64,000 bases of DNA from Octopus sinensis (lineage: Eukaryota): positions 6,200,001-6,264,000 of the forward strand of contig NC_043005.1 of NCBI RefSeq assembly GCF_006345805.1, given 5' to 3'. Below the pieces are notes generated by a model. It worked only from the letters and a program-made list of their open reading frames with translations. It did no database searches and was not told the DNA's origin. Shown here piece by piece: positions 11,764-25,003 of the stretch. Position numbers and translations under genes: made by a program. Numbering within the stretch: the first letter of the stretch is position 1; every line of letters starts with the position of its first letter.

Positions 11764-12814
11764 ATTAGGGGTCAAAGTGAATAACGGAAGCAGTATTAAG
11801 GTGGTGAGTTGGTAGAGTGAGTAGAGCTGTGGATAGATTACCTCATAGTATTTCTTCCAATTCCCTGCACTTTGGGTTCAAATTTCAATGAAGTTAACTT
11901 TACCTCATCATTTTTTTAAAGCAGCAGAATTGGTAGAGCAGTGGATACCTTGTGTGTGTGTTCCAATGGCAATGCTTATGATAACACTAGAGCCAAGCTT
12001 TTATAGAGCCCTCATCAGCCAAGGAAGACCATGCATCTGAACATGTATATGCAAGCCTGTACCTCTATCCATTTGATGTTAATCCCAAGGGAAGGACCAC
12101 TGGCTTGAAACCATACAGCTTGGCACTGTTGTTGTCTCAGAAATTGCTGTCAGAATGCAAAGAATCAAAACAGATTCTACAAAACACCAGGCTCCCACCA
12201 CCTTTTAGTAGTTCCTCTAATCCACTGCCCTGGAGTGGTACTTATTTTATCAACCCCAAAAAGATAAAAGGCAAAGTTGACTTCAATGGGTTTGAACTCA
12301 GAGTGCAGAGAGTCAGAATCAATATTCTAAAGCACTGTATCCAACATTCTAATAATTTTGGAGGTTATATTGGCCCTTGCCAATATAAATTCTAGAGTCC
12401 ACCCTGTATTGTGGACCCTACCTTTCCCTCAGAAAACTGGTAGCATGAAGAGTGGAGGCTTTCTTGTCTTTTGTAAAACCTTGCTCAAGTTTGTGCTTGT
12501 GAGAGAGATTTTGTAGACATTGACCTGTAATCTCATTAAATAAGTGGACATCTTGAACTGGATTAGCTATTTAAAGCCAGGTGGATTAAGCTATTAGATT
12601 GAGGGGAACTAGTCCATTAATATTTGGGTGTCAATGCCAAAGATAATGCAAAATACCTGTAATAGAATGTAATATTCCAGCCTTGCAATTTATCGTCTCT
12701 TGTCTTGCTTAATTAAAAACTTCTCATTCATCAGTCAAAATTAGAGGCCAGCAACCATTTTCTAAAATACGTTTCTTTATATGTCTATAATTATACACCA
12801 CTAAATATAAGTTG

Positions 12815-13240
12815 GATGTGTGCATAAGAAGCTTGCTTTCCAACCATGCATCTTGGGTTCAGCCCCACTGCATGGCACCATGAGTAAGTGTCTTCTTCTA
12901 TAGCCCTGGGCTGATCGAAACCTAGTGGGTGGATTTGGTGGTCAGAAACTGAAAGAAGTCCAATGTGTGTGTGTGTGTGTGTGTGTGACGTTTTGACATC
13001 ACATGATGGTGGTAAATGAGCATCACCATCATACAAGCAGCATTGTTAGTTTCAAACCTTCTGAGGAAAGTGTCTCTGACGAAGGAGAGATACTACGATG
13101 CTTGAAAACAGGGCAGTAAATTGATGACAGGAAGGGTTAGGGTTAGGGTTAGTGTCTGTAGAAAGTTTGTCTCAACAAACCCCGTTCGATATATGCAAGC
13201 ATAGAAACGTGAGTGTTAGAGGAATGACAATGATGATGAT
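12815..13240 (+). mobile_element. SINE family S7 (S1-like head, RTE-like tail)
   Basis: Internal ttgacatcacatgatggt.gtaaatgag...catacaagc, end gcaagcatagaaacgtgagtgttag...(gat)n. Relatives at about 9230, 18300, 20430, 28190, 31770, 39620, 52670, 56290, 58740 and 62140. Confidence 0.75.
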
Positions 13241-13277
13241 TATAATGATTGTTCACAAAAACCAGGCACTATCTTAC

Positions 13278-13339
13278 CTTAGTTAAAGAGGCAGACATCC
13301 CGGCTTGACAATGTCCAATCTGGTGAAAACCCCATTTAT
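13278..13339 (-). CDS. Integrin alpha chain, internal exon C (62 bp, phase 1 to 0): (N)KWGFHQIGHCQAGMSASLTK
   Basis: Acceptor ttttcttttaattttag and donor AAG|gtaaga. The CQAGxS motif opens propeller repeat 3. Phases match exons B and D. Confidence 0.95.
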
Positions 13340-14446
13340 CTAAAATTAAAAGAAAATGTTTTTTTAAAGAAAATATTTACAATTGAAAATAATAAACAGT
13401 TTTATTTACCTTTCAAATGATGTCAACAATTTTTAATTTCTAAATACCAGAACAAAACATTTTTCTTTTTTCTTTTTTGTTTATGAATAAACATTTACAA
13501 GGCTTTGGTTGGCCTAAGCTTACAGAAGAAATTTGGGCAATCTTTTGTTTTGACTTGGAAAAATGTAAACAATGAATTCATTGGTTTCCATGACCACATG
13601 TTGCCTTGTCAATTGTCAGTTGGGACAGCTGACAAGATAACATGTGGTCATGGAAACCAAGGAATTCATTGTTTACACTTTTTTCAAGTCAAAACAAAAG
13701 ATTGCCAAAATTTGTGCCAGGTCCCGTGCAGTGGGATTTACCCTGAGACCACACGGCTGGGAAGCAAACTTAACCACACAACTGCTGCCTGTTTTCTGTC
13801 AACTGAATTTCCTCCCAAGGCTTTGGTCAGACATTCTGCCTGGGGATCGGGGGCAGACAAGGTTCTTAACCAGAAGCTTTGGACATGAAGGGAATGTTAG
13901 ACAAATCCTATTGTTAACGAGACACCAATTATATTCATTCATTCCTTGTTCTTTTACTGTTGAAGTCATTGGACTGTGGCCATGCTGGGGCACCACCTTG
14001 AAGGGTTTAGTTAACTAACTCAACACCAGTATTTATTTCTTTTTAAATATAGTACTTATTCTATAAGTTCTCTTTTGCGAAACTGCTAGGTTACAGGGAC
14101 ATAAATAAACCAACACCAGTTGTTAAGCAGCAATGGGGGGAAAACACGAAGACGTACATAGACATACACACATATGTGATGGACTTCTTTCAGTTTGATC
14201 AACCAAATCCACTCACAAAGCTGTGGTTGGCCTGGGACTATAGTAGAAAACTTTGTGGAATTGAACCCAAGACCACATGGTTAAGAAGCAAACTTCATAA
14301 CCACACAACCATTCCCAAGTGTACCACTCAACTGTGAAGATCTCTTCACATGAAACCAATGGTTGCCTTGATTGTCCACAAATAGAGAATGGTGTTGAGC
14401 ACAATCCTCACTATTTGATACTAGTGTGTGTATTATATTCTTTTAT

Positions 14447-14810
14447 TCTTTTATTTGTTTCAGTCATTTGACCTTTAGTCAAGCAAATCGACCCCAGGAC
14501 TTATTCTTTGTAAGCCTAGTACTTATTCTATCGGTCTCTTTTTGCTGAACCACTCAGTTATGGGTATGTAAACACACCAACATTAGTTGTCAAGTGATGG
14601 TGAGGAGACAGCCACAGACACACAAACACAAACACACACACATATACGATGGGCTTCTTTCAGTTTCTGTCAACCAAATCCACTCACAAGGCTTTGGTCA
14701 GCCCAAGGCTATAGTAGAAGACACTTGCCCAAGGTGTCATGCAGTGGGACTGAACCCAGAACCATGTGGTTGGTAAGGAAGCTTCTTACCACACAGCTAC
14801 TCCTATATAT
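14447..14810 (-). mobile_element. S1 SINE
   Basis: Reverse complement of the S1 sequence with a small internal deletion. Confidence 0.85.
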
Positions 14811-16929
14811 AGGAGTATCAGGTGGTCTACCTTACATATATATATATATATATATATGAAATTCTGTGCTGTTATTACTTAAATACACACACATACATCA
14901 TCATCATCATCATTTAGCGTCTGTTATATATATATATCTGGTGAATGTCTACTGTGTATATATATATATATTCATGTATGCGTTGTGTGTCATGCATACA
15001 AGTGTTTATTTTTAATTTTAAGTTTACCTGCATGAACATGTGTGTGTGTGTGTGTGTTTATCCCTATGGGGTGTATAGGCATTTTCAGTTGCTCTGTTTG
15101 TAAATACACCATGTTAACGTGTATTAAGCACAAACACACACACATTTATATGCGTGTGTGTGTGTGTGTATCATGGATGTATTTATATGTCTGTATGGTT
15201 TGCCTGTTGTCTGCTAGGAAGAGGATAGAATTATTCTGGCTTTGCTGCCAAGTGAGAGCAGGCCCCTATTATGGTCATAGAGAGTGGAAGCCAAAGAGAA
15301 GCCGTGTGTTTATTGTTGGGAAGAGAAGCAAGGTTAATAAAGATGGAGATAAAGAGTTGAAGCTGTTGCTGTTGATGATGATGATGATGATGAGGATAAG
15401 ATAAGGATAACAGAAGATACACCAGAAACTAAACTGTGGGAAGAGGGGGAGAGAGAGGGAGAAAGAGAGAAAGAGGGAGGGAGAAAAGTATACTGGTGTA
15501 TGGATAATTCTCACCTAACTGCATGTTGGGAATGGAGGCAGGGTGGGTGGGGGGTACCGGCTGTGTGGGAAGGAAGGGAGAGAGAGAGGGAAAGAGAGAG
15601 AGAGAGAGTGAGAGAGAGAGAGAGAGATGGAAAAATGAAGAAGTGAAGGCGAAGAACAGCAAAAATAAAAGAAATTGTGAGAATATTTTTTAAAAAACCC
15701 AGAAAACTAGATAAATACTAAAAAATGGAGGAGGAAGAAGAAGAAGAAGAAGAAGAAGAAGAAGAGGACTATGAGAAAGAAGATGACAAAGAAGACAGAG
15801 AGAAGATGATAAAGAAGAAAAGAAAGAAAAAGAGAGAAAGTAAAACAATAAAGAGGAGAGAAGAGAAAACAGAAGAGGAGTATGTGTTTTAAATGAGTAC
15901 CCAGGTGTAAACTGGGTACCCATTAAAAAGTAAGTGATTTCACATAAGAATTGTCCTTTTATTTGTTTTATATTCTGAGAAAGTAGGCAGAGTTTGGCCA
16001 AATGGTTAAGTTTACTTCTGAACCACCAGGTCTCAGGTTCAATCTCATTGTATGGCATCTCGAGCAAATGCCAGTTTCTGTAGTCTTGGTTTGACCCATA
16101 TTTTATGAGTGAAATTGGGTTGATGGAAACTGTACAGAAGCCCATCAAGTGGATTGTAATTCAAAAAAGGACAGCCTTGTCATACACTGTGTCCTGCTGA
16201 TTCTGCCTTAGAATTATGCTAAAGGTATGGTCTGTGGAATACTCAGCCATTTATATATGTTAACTCAGTAGTTCAAATAACTGAATCCTCATCACTGAAC
16301 AACAGAACCATGACCACCACCACCATCACCATTCTAAATTATTGAGATTCTACCAAAGACATTTATTTTTTTCATGAGGTGTGCTTAGAGAAAAATCAAG
16401 GTAGTGATTGGTATCTTCTTTCACTTGTTTGAGTCATTAGACTCTGGCCATGCTGGGGCACAGCCTCGAACAGTTTAGTTGATGAAATTGCCTCTAGTGA
16501 ATACGTTTAAAGTCTGGTACTTATTTTATCAGTCTCCTTTGCCCAACTGCTAAGTTATGGGGATGTAAACAAACCAATAGTTTTTCAAGCATTGGTTACA
16601 CACACACACGACATGCTTCCCCACAGTTTCCATCTGCCCAATCCACTGACAAGGCATTGCTCAGTCAGAGGTTATAGTAGAAGATACTTGCCCAAGATAC
16701 TGCACAGTGGGACTGAACCCAAAACCACACAGCTGCAAAGCAAGCTTCTTCATCACACAGCCATACCTGGACCTACATATACAATCACTTTCTTCTAAGT
16801 GTTGTACAACATGCACATTTGCACATGTATACGCATACATGACTGATGCAAATTCTCCTCATATTAATACGCACACAAGGACATATTCACACAAAGCCAT
16901 TTACATTTACACACACATCGAAATCAAAT

Positions 16930-17383
16930 TCGATGACTGGCATCTGTGCTAGTGGAGCGCTAAGAGCACCATCCGAGCGTGATCGCTGCCAGGGCAGCAA
17001 ACTGGCTTCCGTGCTGGCGGCATGTAAAAAGCACCATTCGAGCATGATCGTTACCAGTGTCGCCTTACTGGTGCCAGTGGCACATGAAAATACATTCAAG
17101 TGAAGTCGTTGCCAGTGCTGCTCGACTGGCTCCTGTGCAGGTGGGACGTAAAAAACACCATTTGAGCATGGCCGTTGCCAGTACCGTCTGGTTGGCCCTT
17201 GTGCCAGTGGCATGTAAAAGCACCCTTTACACTCATGGAGTGGTTGACGTTAGGAAGGGCATCCAGCTGTAGAAACTCTGCCAGATCAGACTGGAGCCTG
17301 GTGCAGCCATCTGGTTCGCCAGACCTCAGTCAAATCGTCCAACCCATGCTAGCATGGAAAGCGGACGTTAAACGATGATGATG
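16930..17383 (+). mobile_element. Young S3/RTE 3'-end copy with subrepeats and (GAT)n tail
   Basis: CpG-rich, ends ccatgctagcatggaaagcggacgttaaacgatgatgatga. Confidence 0.8.
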
Positions 17384-17959
17384 ACACACACACACAGGTG
17401 AAGGCATGGCTATGTGGTCTAGAAACTTGCTCCCTATCCTTGTGCAAGTGTTTTCTCTTAAAGCCCCAGGCAAACCAAAACCATGTGATTGGATCTGGTA
17501 GAGAGAAACTGAAAGAAACCCTCTCTCTCTCCCTCTCTACCCCTGATGAATTTTGAAAACTATGGATAACATGACATCCCAAGTTTTAAAAGGATTAGTT
17601 TTGAGATGAAGTCCAACAAATTGTACATGGGAAATGAGTGACATGCACATACGTTGTTACATTGTGTGTTCAGGACACTGGACAAAATGCTGCTAAGCAT
17701 CTTTACCACTCTGAGAACAAATACCACCAAGGTCCACTTCATCTTTCATTGTTTTGGAGCACCAGGGTGGGGTCGATGTAACTGACTTACCCGCTTTCAC
17801 TGAAGTTGCTGGCCTTGTGCCAAAATTTGAAACCAATATTAATATTTATGTTGATAAAGTGTTTCCCATGTTGTAATGAAACAAGTGTAACTACAGAATT
17901 AAAAATAATACCGCAAATTCTAGTCTTTCTTTTGATATTAAACAAAAAAAAGAAATGGC

Positions 17960-18281
17960 ACTCCATTGGTTACTAAGATGAAGGTTCCAGCTGGTCTGAT
18001 CAACAGAACAGCCTGCTTGTGAGATTAACATGCAAATGGCTGAATATTCCACAGACACACATACCCTTAACATAGTTCTCAGGGAGGTCCAGTTTGACCC
18101 AGGATATGATAAGGCTGGCCCCTTGAATTACATGTACAACTCACTTTTGCCAGCCGAGTGGAATGGAACAACATGAAATGAAGTGTCTTGCTCAAGGACA
18201 CAACACACCACCAGGAGTTGAACTCATGACCTTACGATCGTGAGTTAAATACCCTAACCACTAAGACATGCGCCTTCACTA
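17960..18281 (-). mobile_element. tRNA-type SINE family S4
   Basis: Reverse complement of 30402-30724. A third copy lies at 26960-27253. Confidence 0.8.
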
Positions 18282-18623
18282 ATGTGTGTGTGTGTGTGCA
18301 TGTGGGCAAATGTTTCTGTGTAGCTTTGTGTTGACATCAAGTCATCCTCCTCCTCATCGTTTAATGTCTGCTTTCCATGCTAGCATGGGTGGAGGTTGTA
18401 AATGAGTATCCCCATCATACAAGCGGTGTCCATTTCCAGTCTTCCATGGAAGACATGTCTGGCCATTGGGGAAATATTAGCTTAACTGGTAACAGGTGAG
18501 GGTTGGTAACAGGAAAGGCATCCAGCCCAGCTATAGAAAAAATCTACTTCAAAGAATTTCGTCTGAACCAGGGCAGCCGTGGGGAAAGTGGACATCAGAA
18601 CAATGCTGCTGTTGCCGATAGTG

Positions 18624-18632
18624 GTGATGATG

Positions 18633-18664
<32 letters not shown>

Positions 18665-18750
18665 GATGGTGATGGTGATGATGATGGTAATGGTGATGGT
18701 GATGATGATGATGGTGATGATGGTGATGGTGATGATGATGATGATGATAG
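18624..18750. repeat. (GAT/GGT)n compound microsatellite
   Basis: Direct reading. Confidence 0.95.
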
Positions 18751-19621
18751 TAGCTCAGTTGTTGGAGGGAATTGTGATTACATAAAGTTTGAAGCAAAAG
18801 AGTTTATGAGAAAGAAATCAAACAAGAAGTGGGAGAGATACAAAGAGGAAAATATGAAGTAACTGGGTGGGTGGGGTCTAAGATGGCAGGGGTGGGGTAC
18901 TGGTTAAAGGGGGGAGAGAAGGGAATAAGAATTGTGTTTGAAGTAATGGGGATGGTGGGGAGAGTTTTTGTGACAAGGGGCAGTGATGGTGGTTGTGAAG
19001 GTGGTGGTGGTGATGGAAGGCGATGATGATAGTGGTGATGGTGGTGGTAATGATGAGGGAAGCTGTTTAACCCCAGGTCGGCTCTGATAAAGCAGACCTA
19101 TGTTGAAAGGCATTTCAGCCATGGCCATCATGTCTTTTTCTATGTACAGAGAAACCTCAGATCACATTAACTAACGTGTTTTTTTTTTGTCTTGAAAGGA
19201 GGGAGATATGACTGTTACTTCTAGCAGGTTGAACAGCCTTGTAGTGGCTCCTGCGTTAATGATGATGATGATGGTGGTGGTGGTGGTGGTGGTGGTAATA
19301 GTGGCAATGATGTTGGAGATGGTGGCAGCAGTGGCAGTGGTAGCCATAGTAACAGCAGTGGAGGTGGTGGGGATGTTGAAAAGGGGGTGGGGTGGGGTGG
19401 CAGAAGGTGGTGGTGATAGGAAGAGTGAGGGAATGAAGGAAGTAGCAGTGGCTGTGCTGGTGGTGGTGGTAGTGGCGATGGTGCCTGCGACCCCACCCAA
19501 CCACTGATGCTGGTAGACAGGGTAGAGGGGAAGCAGGTGGGAGTAGTGGGAGATGATGGACATCAAGTGGTGGCGGGGTAGTGGTGGTAGACTCTAATAC
19601 ACTTTATCTAAAGTGAGTGTG

Positions 19622-19675
<54 letters not shown>

Positions 19676-19767
19676 CATACACACTTTATCTATATATTCA
19701 GATTTGTTCTGGCTGACAGACAGAGATGCAGATATAAGCAGGATGTCTGTCAGTGTATAGATCTGGG

Positions 19768-19806
<39 letters not shown>

Positions 19807-20239
19807 CTAGGTGTATATATATATATGTATGTGTGTGTAAATGTATATAGCTAGATATAAATGTCTGTATACGTGTGTTTAAAGTATGCAGCTGTGTATG
19901 TATATGTAAATGCATGTAGCCATGTATGTACATGTATGTCTAAATGTACGGATATGGATGTGTAGATGTATAGAGCTGGCTATGTCTATAAACGAGGGAA
20001 AGAGAAGATGGAATTCACATTGGTCGTTTGTTAATCACAACAATCGTTTCAAGCCCGCTTCTTGCATTGGTCTCTTGCTGGTGGGATTCTGGGCAACTGG
20101 TTGTGGTGCACCCTTCGGTGCATATGTGACTCATCAGGTGATATCATCATCATCATCACCACCACCACCACCACCACCACACCACCACCACCACCACCAC
20201 CACCACCACCACCACCACCACCACCACCACCACTACCAC

Positions 20240-20410
20240 CCATCTACTCGCAATGCCAGAGGGCGCACACTCTCCTACCCTGATGTAATCTCCAGGGATA
20301 TAGGCATCCAGCAACAGGACCTCCGTAATGCCATGAAGGACCGTGAAGTCTGGCGTAGCATGGTAAATTCCATTGTCTCGACCATGGTCAAACAATGATG
20401 ATGATGATGA
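20240..20410 (+). mobile_element. 5'-truncated RTE LINE 3' end inserted in a (CAC)n tract
   Basis: Frame PSTRNARGRTLSYPDVISRDIGIQQQDLRNAMKDREVWRSMVNSIVSTMVKQ* resembles the RTE ORF C-terminus (GR...D...A.DR..WR), followed by a (TGA)n tail. Confidence 0.8.
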
Positions 20411-22636
20411 CCACCACCACCACCACCACCACCACCATCATCATCATTTTAACATTCACTTTGCCACACTTGCAGGGGTCAGAATTAATTTGTTGAGGCA
20501 GATTTCCCAGGGTCAGATGCTCTTCCCGTTGCCAACCCTCACCTGTTTCCAAGAAGCCAATATTTCTCCATGGACAGACATGTTTTTTTTACAGAAGGTC
20601 AGAAATGGATAACACCACTTGTATGACAGCGACACTCACTTAGAACAATCAAATGATGTCAAGACAAGGAGACACACAAACAGATACATTTATATACCTA
20701 AACACACACACACACAGAGACAATGGGCTTCTTTCAGTTTTCACCTACCAAACCAACTCACAAGGATTTGGCCAGCCTTTTGCTGTTACAGAAGACACAG
20801 GGCTGTGCATTGGAACAGAACTCAGGACAGCAGAGTTGGGAAACCAGTTTCTCAAAAAGATAAAAAGAAAAACAGTGATATCTCAGTATGAAAAGGTATT
20901 TAGAGATTTTGGGGTAAAATAATTTGTTGGCTTAGATACAAAGAAACGATCTGGAGAGAATGTCTAGGATTAACAACAGAAATTGTGAAGATTTCACTTT
21001 GTTAGGACTCATCAACCCCAATGCATTCAAGAGAATATGATTTATGGCCAAACAGTTTAGATAAAATGATTTGGTTTATCTCAAGGAATATCTCTCTCTC
21101 TCTCTCTCTCCATGTCTGCCTGACTGTCTACCCCCCCCCCCCAATCACCTATCAATAAAGCTCAACATGAGAATCTAAACCAGCAACAAAACATCTGTTG
21201 TCGATTTCTTGCACTGCTACAAACAACAGTTTATATTCAACAATCTTATTTTCACAGGATTGTTTAGAATACAGAACAGACATTTAGTAATTATTACCTA
21301 ACAGTTGCAATAAGTTTGTGACAATTTGGCTGGATGCAAAGTCTGGCTGTGTAGTTGAGAAGTTCACTTCTCAAACCTGTGGATTCTGGTTCAGTCCCTC
21401 CTATGCACTGTAGCTTGGGCAAGTGTCTTCTAACATAATCCACAATCAACAAAAGCTCAGAATGGGTTTGGTTGACAGGAACAAACAAAAGAGAACTTCA
21501 TATCATCACCCTCATAATCATTTAATATCAACAGCTGCAGGATGAAGGCCTCAACATTCCATTACCAGCTTATTATGTTGCTTGTTAGAGGCTTACCTGA
21601 CCATGTTGGTCAATTATATGTTGGACGAGGTGCAGCCTTTGTCATGTCCTTAGCACAAGTCATTGGCATCAAGGCAGAGTTTTAGCTCAGCATGCAAAGT
21701 ATTGAAATAGTTTCCCTAGAACCTCTCATCCATTCCTCTAAACAGTCTGCTAATCCAACACCCACTGGTGTTGGTTTGTTTATGTCCCCATAACTTAGCA
21801 GTTCAGAAAAAAGAGACTGCTAGAATAAGGGCCAGACTTTAAAAAAAAAAGGAATTTGTGCCAATGCTGAGGTGATGCAGCATGGCCACAGTCCAATGAG
21901 TGAAAGAAGTAAATGATAAGGAAGTCATAATAGAAGAGCATTGGGATATGAATGCCAGCATGGATGTGCCACACGTCTTGTTGTCATGTCATCTGAGCCA
22001 CTGACCATATTCAGTTCTTCTGCCTCGTCTACCATTTCAATCTTTGCGCACTTAAAGGGGTGCACATCCTCCCTACAGCAATCCTTTTGAGATTGCTAAT
22101 ATCCTCTACTTCGGTTTACTCATCAGGTATTGTGGGGTGGCCATTCAGGTGCACCACTGACTTCTGTGACCCATAAGTGAGAGCTGTGAAGTAGTTGCAG
22201 ACCAGTGCTTCTGTCCATGTCTCAGAAAGTTCACACACACACATGATGGGCTTCCACATAATTTCCATCAACCAAATTCACTCTCAAGGTAGTGGCTGAC
22301 TTAAGGCTATAGTAGATGACACTTGCCCAGGTTGCCATGCTGTGGGACTGAGCTTGAAACCCTGTGAGCCTGTGACTCACCCACACAGTCATGGCAAACT
22401 TTAAATTGGAAAACTGCAAAAAAAAAAAGATCTCTAAACCAAGACAACCTTTTAAAAAAGCCAATGTTTTTATAATAAAGAAACAAAAAAGTACCAATGT
22501 ACATGTTTATCATTGCCATAATGACTCTCCCTGAAACACAACAAAATCTGTTTCAACCCACAAGTTCATCTCAAGAATTTTGCAAACCAAAAATCCAAAA
22601 AGGAAAGATAATAATTGAAGGAAAGAGTCAACTTAC

Positions 22637-22757
22637 TGCCTTTTTTACATGGTGCATACGTTTCATACATCCGTGAGGAAGGCTTTTTCACAATACATCG
22701 ACCGATTGGCTCCCGTTTGTCTCTTCCAAAGAAATACATGTAGCGGGGAGCACAAGC
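22637..22757 (-). CDS. Integrin alpha chain, internal exon B (121 bp, phase 0 to 1): ACAPRYMYFFGRDKREPIGRCIVKKPSSRMYETYAPCKKG
   Basis: Acceptor gatttctcttccag and donor GCA|gtaagt. ACAP-x-Y, REPxGxC and YAPC are hallmark integrin alpha motifs. Confidence 0.96.
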
Positions 22758-22962
22758 CTGGAAGAGAAATCACATTGGGGGTTAGTAATTAAGTTTTTTT
22801 TTTTATTAATTGATTGTGATTCAGAGAAGAAAAGTCAAGAATTAGATTTGTTGTTGGTGTTAGACATTACAAGACAATACCATTATTCCTACATTTCTTA
22901 ACGACATGGTTTTGGTTTCAGTCACACTGAGTAGTTCTTTGGACAAGCATCTTCTACAATGT

Positions 22963-23410
22963 CCAGGGACAGATTAAGACCAACAGACGCCCAGAGCACT
23001 TAAAAGATCCTAGTGCCCCCACCTACATGTAATTCAAAATATAAACAATAAAAAAGAGATAAAATGCATTATTTTTCAAAATGAAACAAAACTGGAAAAT
23101 ACGGCTAGCCAGTTCCCAGTCGAACAGTCTGACCCATGCCAGCATGGAAAGCAGATGTTAAAGGATGATGATGACTTCCAATCTATTTATATTTGAAACA
23201 TTCCTTCCTACTTTTTTAAATTGCAGATCCTCACTGTAACACCATGAACATTTCAAGATTATATTTCCGATCTTATAAACGCTTTCAAGTATTATTCTAT
23301 TATTTTAATAAGTTTGAAGTGATTTCTTTTGTGCTGTAAACCATTTACTATTATATTTCTGTGGTGCCCTAAGCACATGTTTATCTTATTTAATGGTTAA
23401 TCCAACACTA
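22963..23410 (-). mobile_element. Third copy of the hAT derivative, with a short S3 tail inserted (~23110-23175)
   Basis: Termini cagggacagattaag...ttaatccaacacta. Shares aagtttgaagtgatttcttttgtgc.gtaaaccatt with 4453-4869. Confidence 0.65.
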
Positions 23411-23883
23411 ACTATAACCCTGGGCCAACCACAGCATTGTGAGTGGATTTGATAGAAGGAAATGGAAAGAAGAATGTTGTATATGTGTTTGTATATACAT
23501 GTGCTAGAATTAGTGTGTGTGTGTGTGTGTGTGTGTTTCCTGTTTCCCTGTCCTGACACCCCATGACAGTTGTAAGCAAGTGTTAGCCTCATGCAAACAT
23601 TTTCAGTCTTCTTTCAATTCCAGTTCCCCATGAAAAACATGTCTTATCATGGGGGAAATATTTCTTTACTTGGAAATAGGTGAAGGTTGGAGACAGGAAG
23701 GGCATCCCAGCCACAGAAAATTCAACCCAACAAATGCTATATGCCCTATTATTAGACTATTTTCCTTAGTCATCGCATAGTGAACGCCATAAGCTTTAAG
23801 CTTATATAAAAATACCATCATTAGTATTATTTACAGGATTATAAAATACAGCACCGTATAATAAAGCCATTTGCACCGAAAGC

Positions 23884-23925
<42 letters not shown>

Positions 23926-24440
23926 GCTTATTATAACCTCAGGCCGACCAAAACCTTGTGAGTGGATTTCGTACTCGGAAACTGAAAGAAGACTGTCGTA
24001 TATATATGTGTATGTGTGTGTCTTGTGTTTGTACCCCCACCATTGCTTGACAACTGATGTTGCTGTGTTTACATTCCTGTAACTTAGCAGTTTGGTAAAA
24101 GACACTGACAGAACGAGTACTAGGCTTACAAAGAATAAATCCTGTGGTTGATTTCTTCAACCAACGGTGGTGCTCCAGCATGGCTGCAGTCACATGACTG
24201 AAACAAGTAAAACAATAAAAATCTATGCCATTTTAATTTTGGGCAAGGCCAGGTATCTCTGCTAGTATAAATATGCATACATATATACATATATATGCAT
24301 ATATATATATATCATCATCATCATCGTTTAACGTCCGCTTTCCATGCTAGCATGGGTTATATATATATACATATACATTATATATAAACTAATACACTTG
24401 CTTCGTCTTTTATTTTTCTATAAATTTCATCTATATATAT

Positions 24441-24852
24441 TACTCTTTACCCTTTTACTTATTTCAGTCATTTGACTGCGGCCATGCTGGAGCACTGCCT
24501 TTAGTTGAGCAAATTGACCCTAAGACTTACTCTTAGTAAGCCTAGTACTTATTCTATCGGTCTCTTTTGGCAAACCGCTAAGTTACGGGGACGTAAACAC
24601 ACCAGCATCAGTTGTCAAGCGATGTTGGAGGGACAAACACAGACACACAAACATATACATACACATACATATATATATATACATATATACGACGGGCTTC
24701 TTTCAGTTTCCATCTACCAAATCCACTCACAAGGCTTTGGTCGGCCTGACGCTATAGTAGAAGACACTTGCCCAAAGTGCCACGCAGTGGACTGAACCCG
24801 GAACCATATGGTTGGGAAGCAAGCTACTTACCACTCAACCACTCCTACGCCT
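24441..24852 (-). mobile_element. Full-length S1 SINE
   Basis: Reverse complement of S1. A plus-strand truncated copy at about 23935-24220 lies next to it. Confidence 0.9.
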
Positions 24853-24971
24853 ATATATATATATTATATTAAATTAGAGATAAATTTAATATAATACAAT
24901 ATAATATACTATAAAATTGGATTTAATCCCAAATCCAATTTTTCCCTGTAAGTTTGGATTTATTCCCTAAT

Positions 24972-25003
<32 letters not shown>

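Noticed and set aside
24913-24942. 12-bp inverted repeat with a 6-nt spacer
   Set aside because: Short and AT-rich, unremarkable against background.
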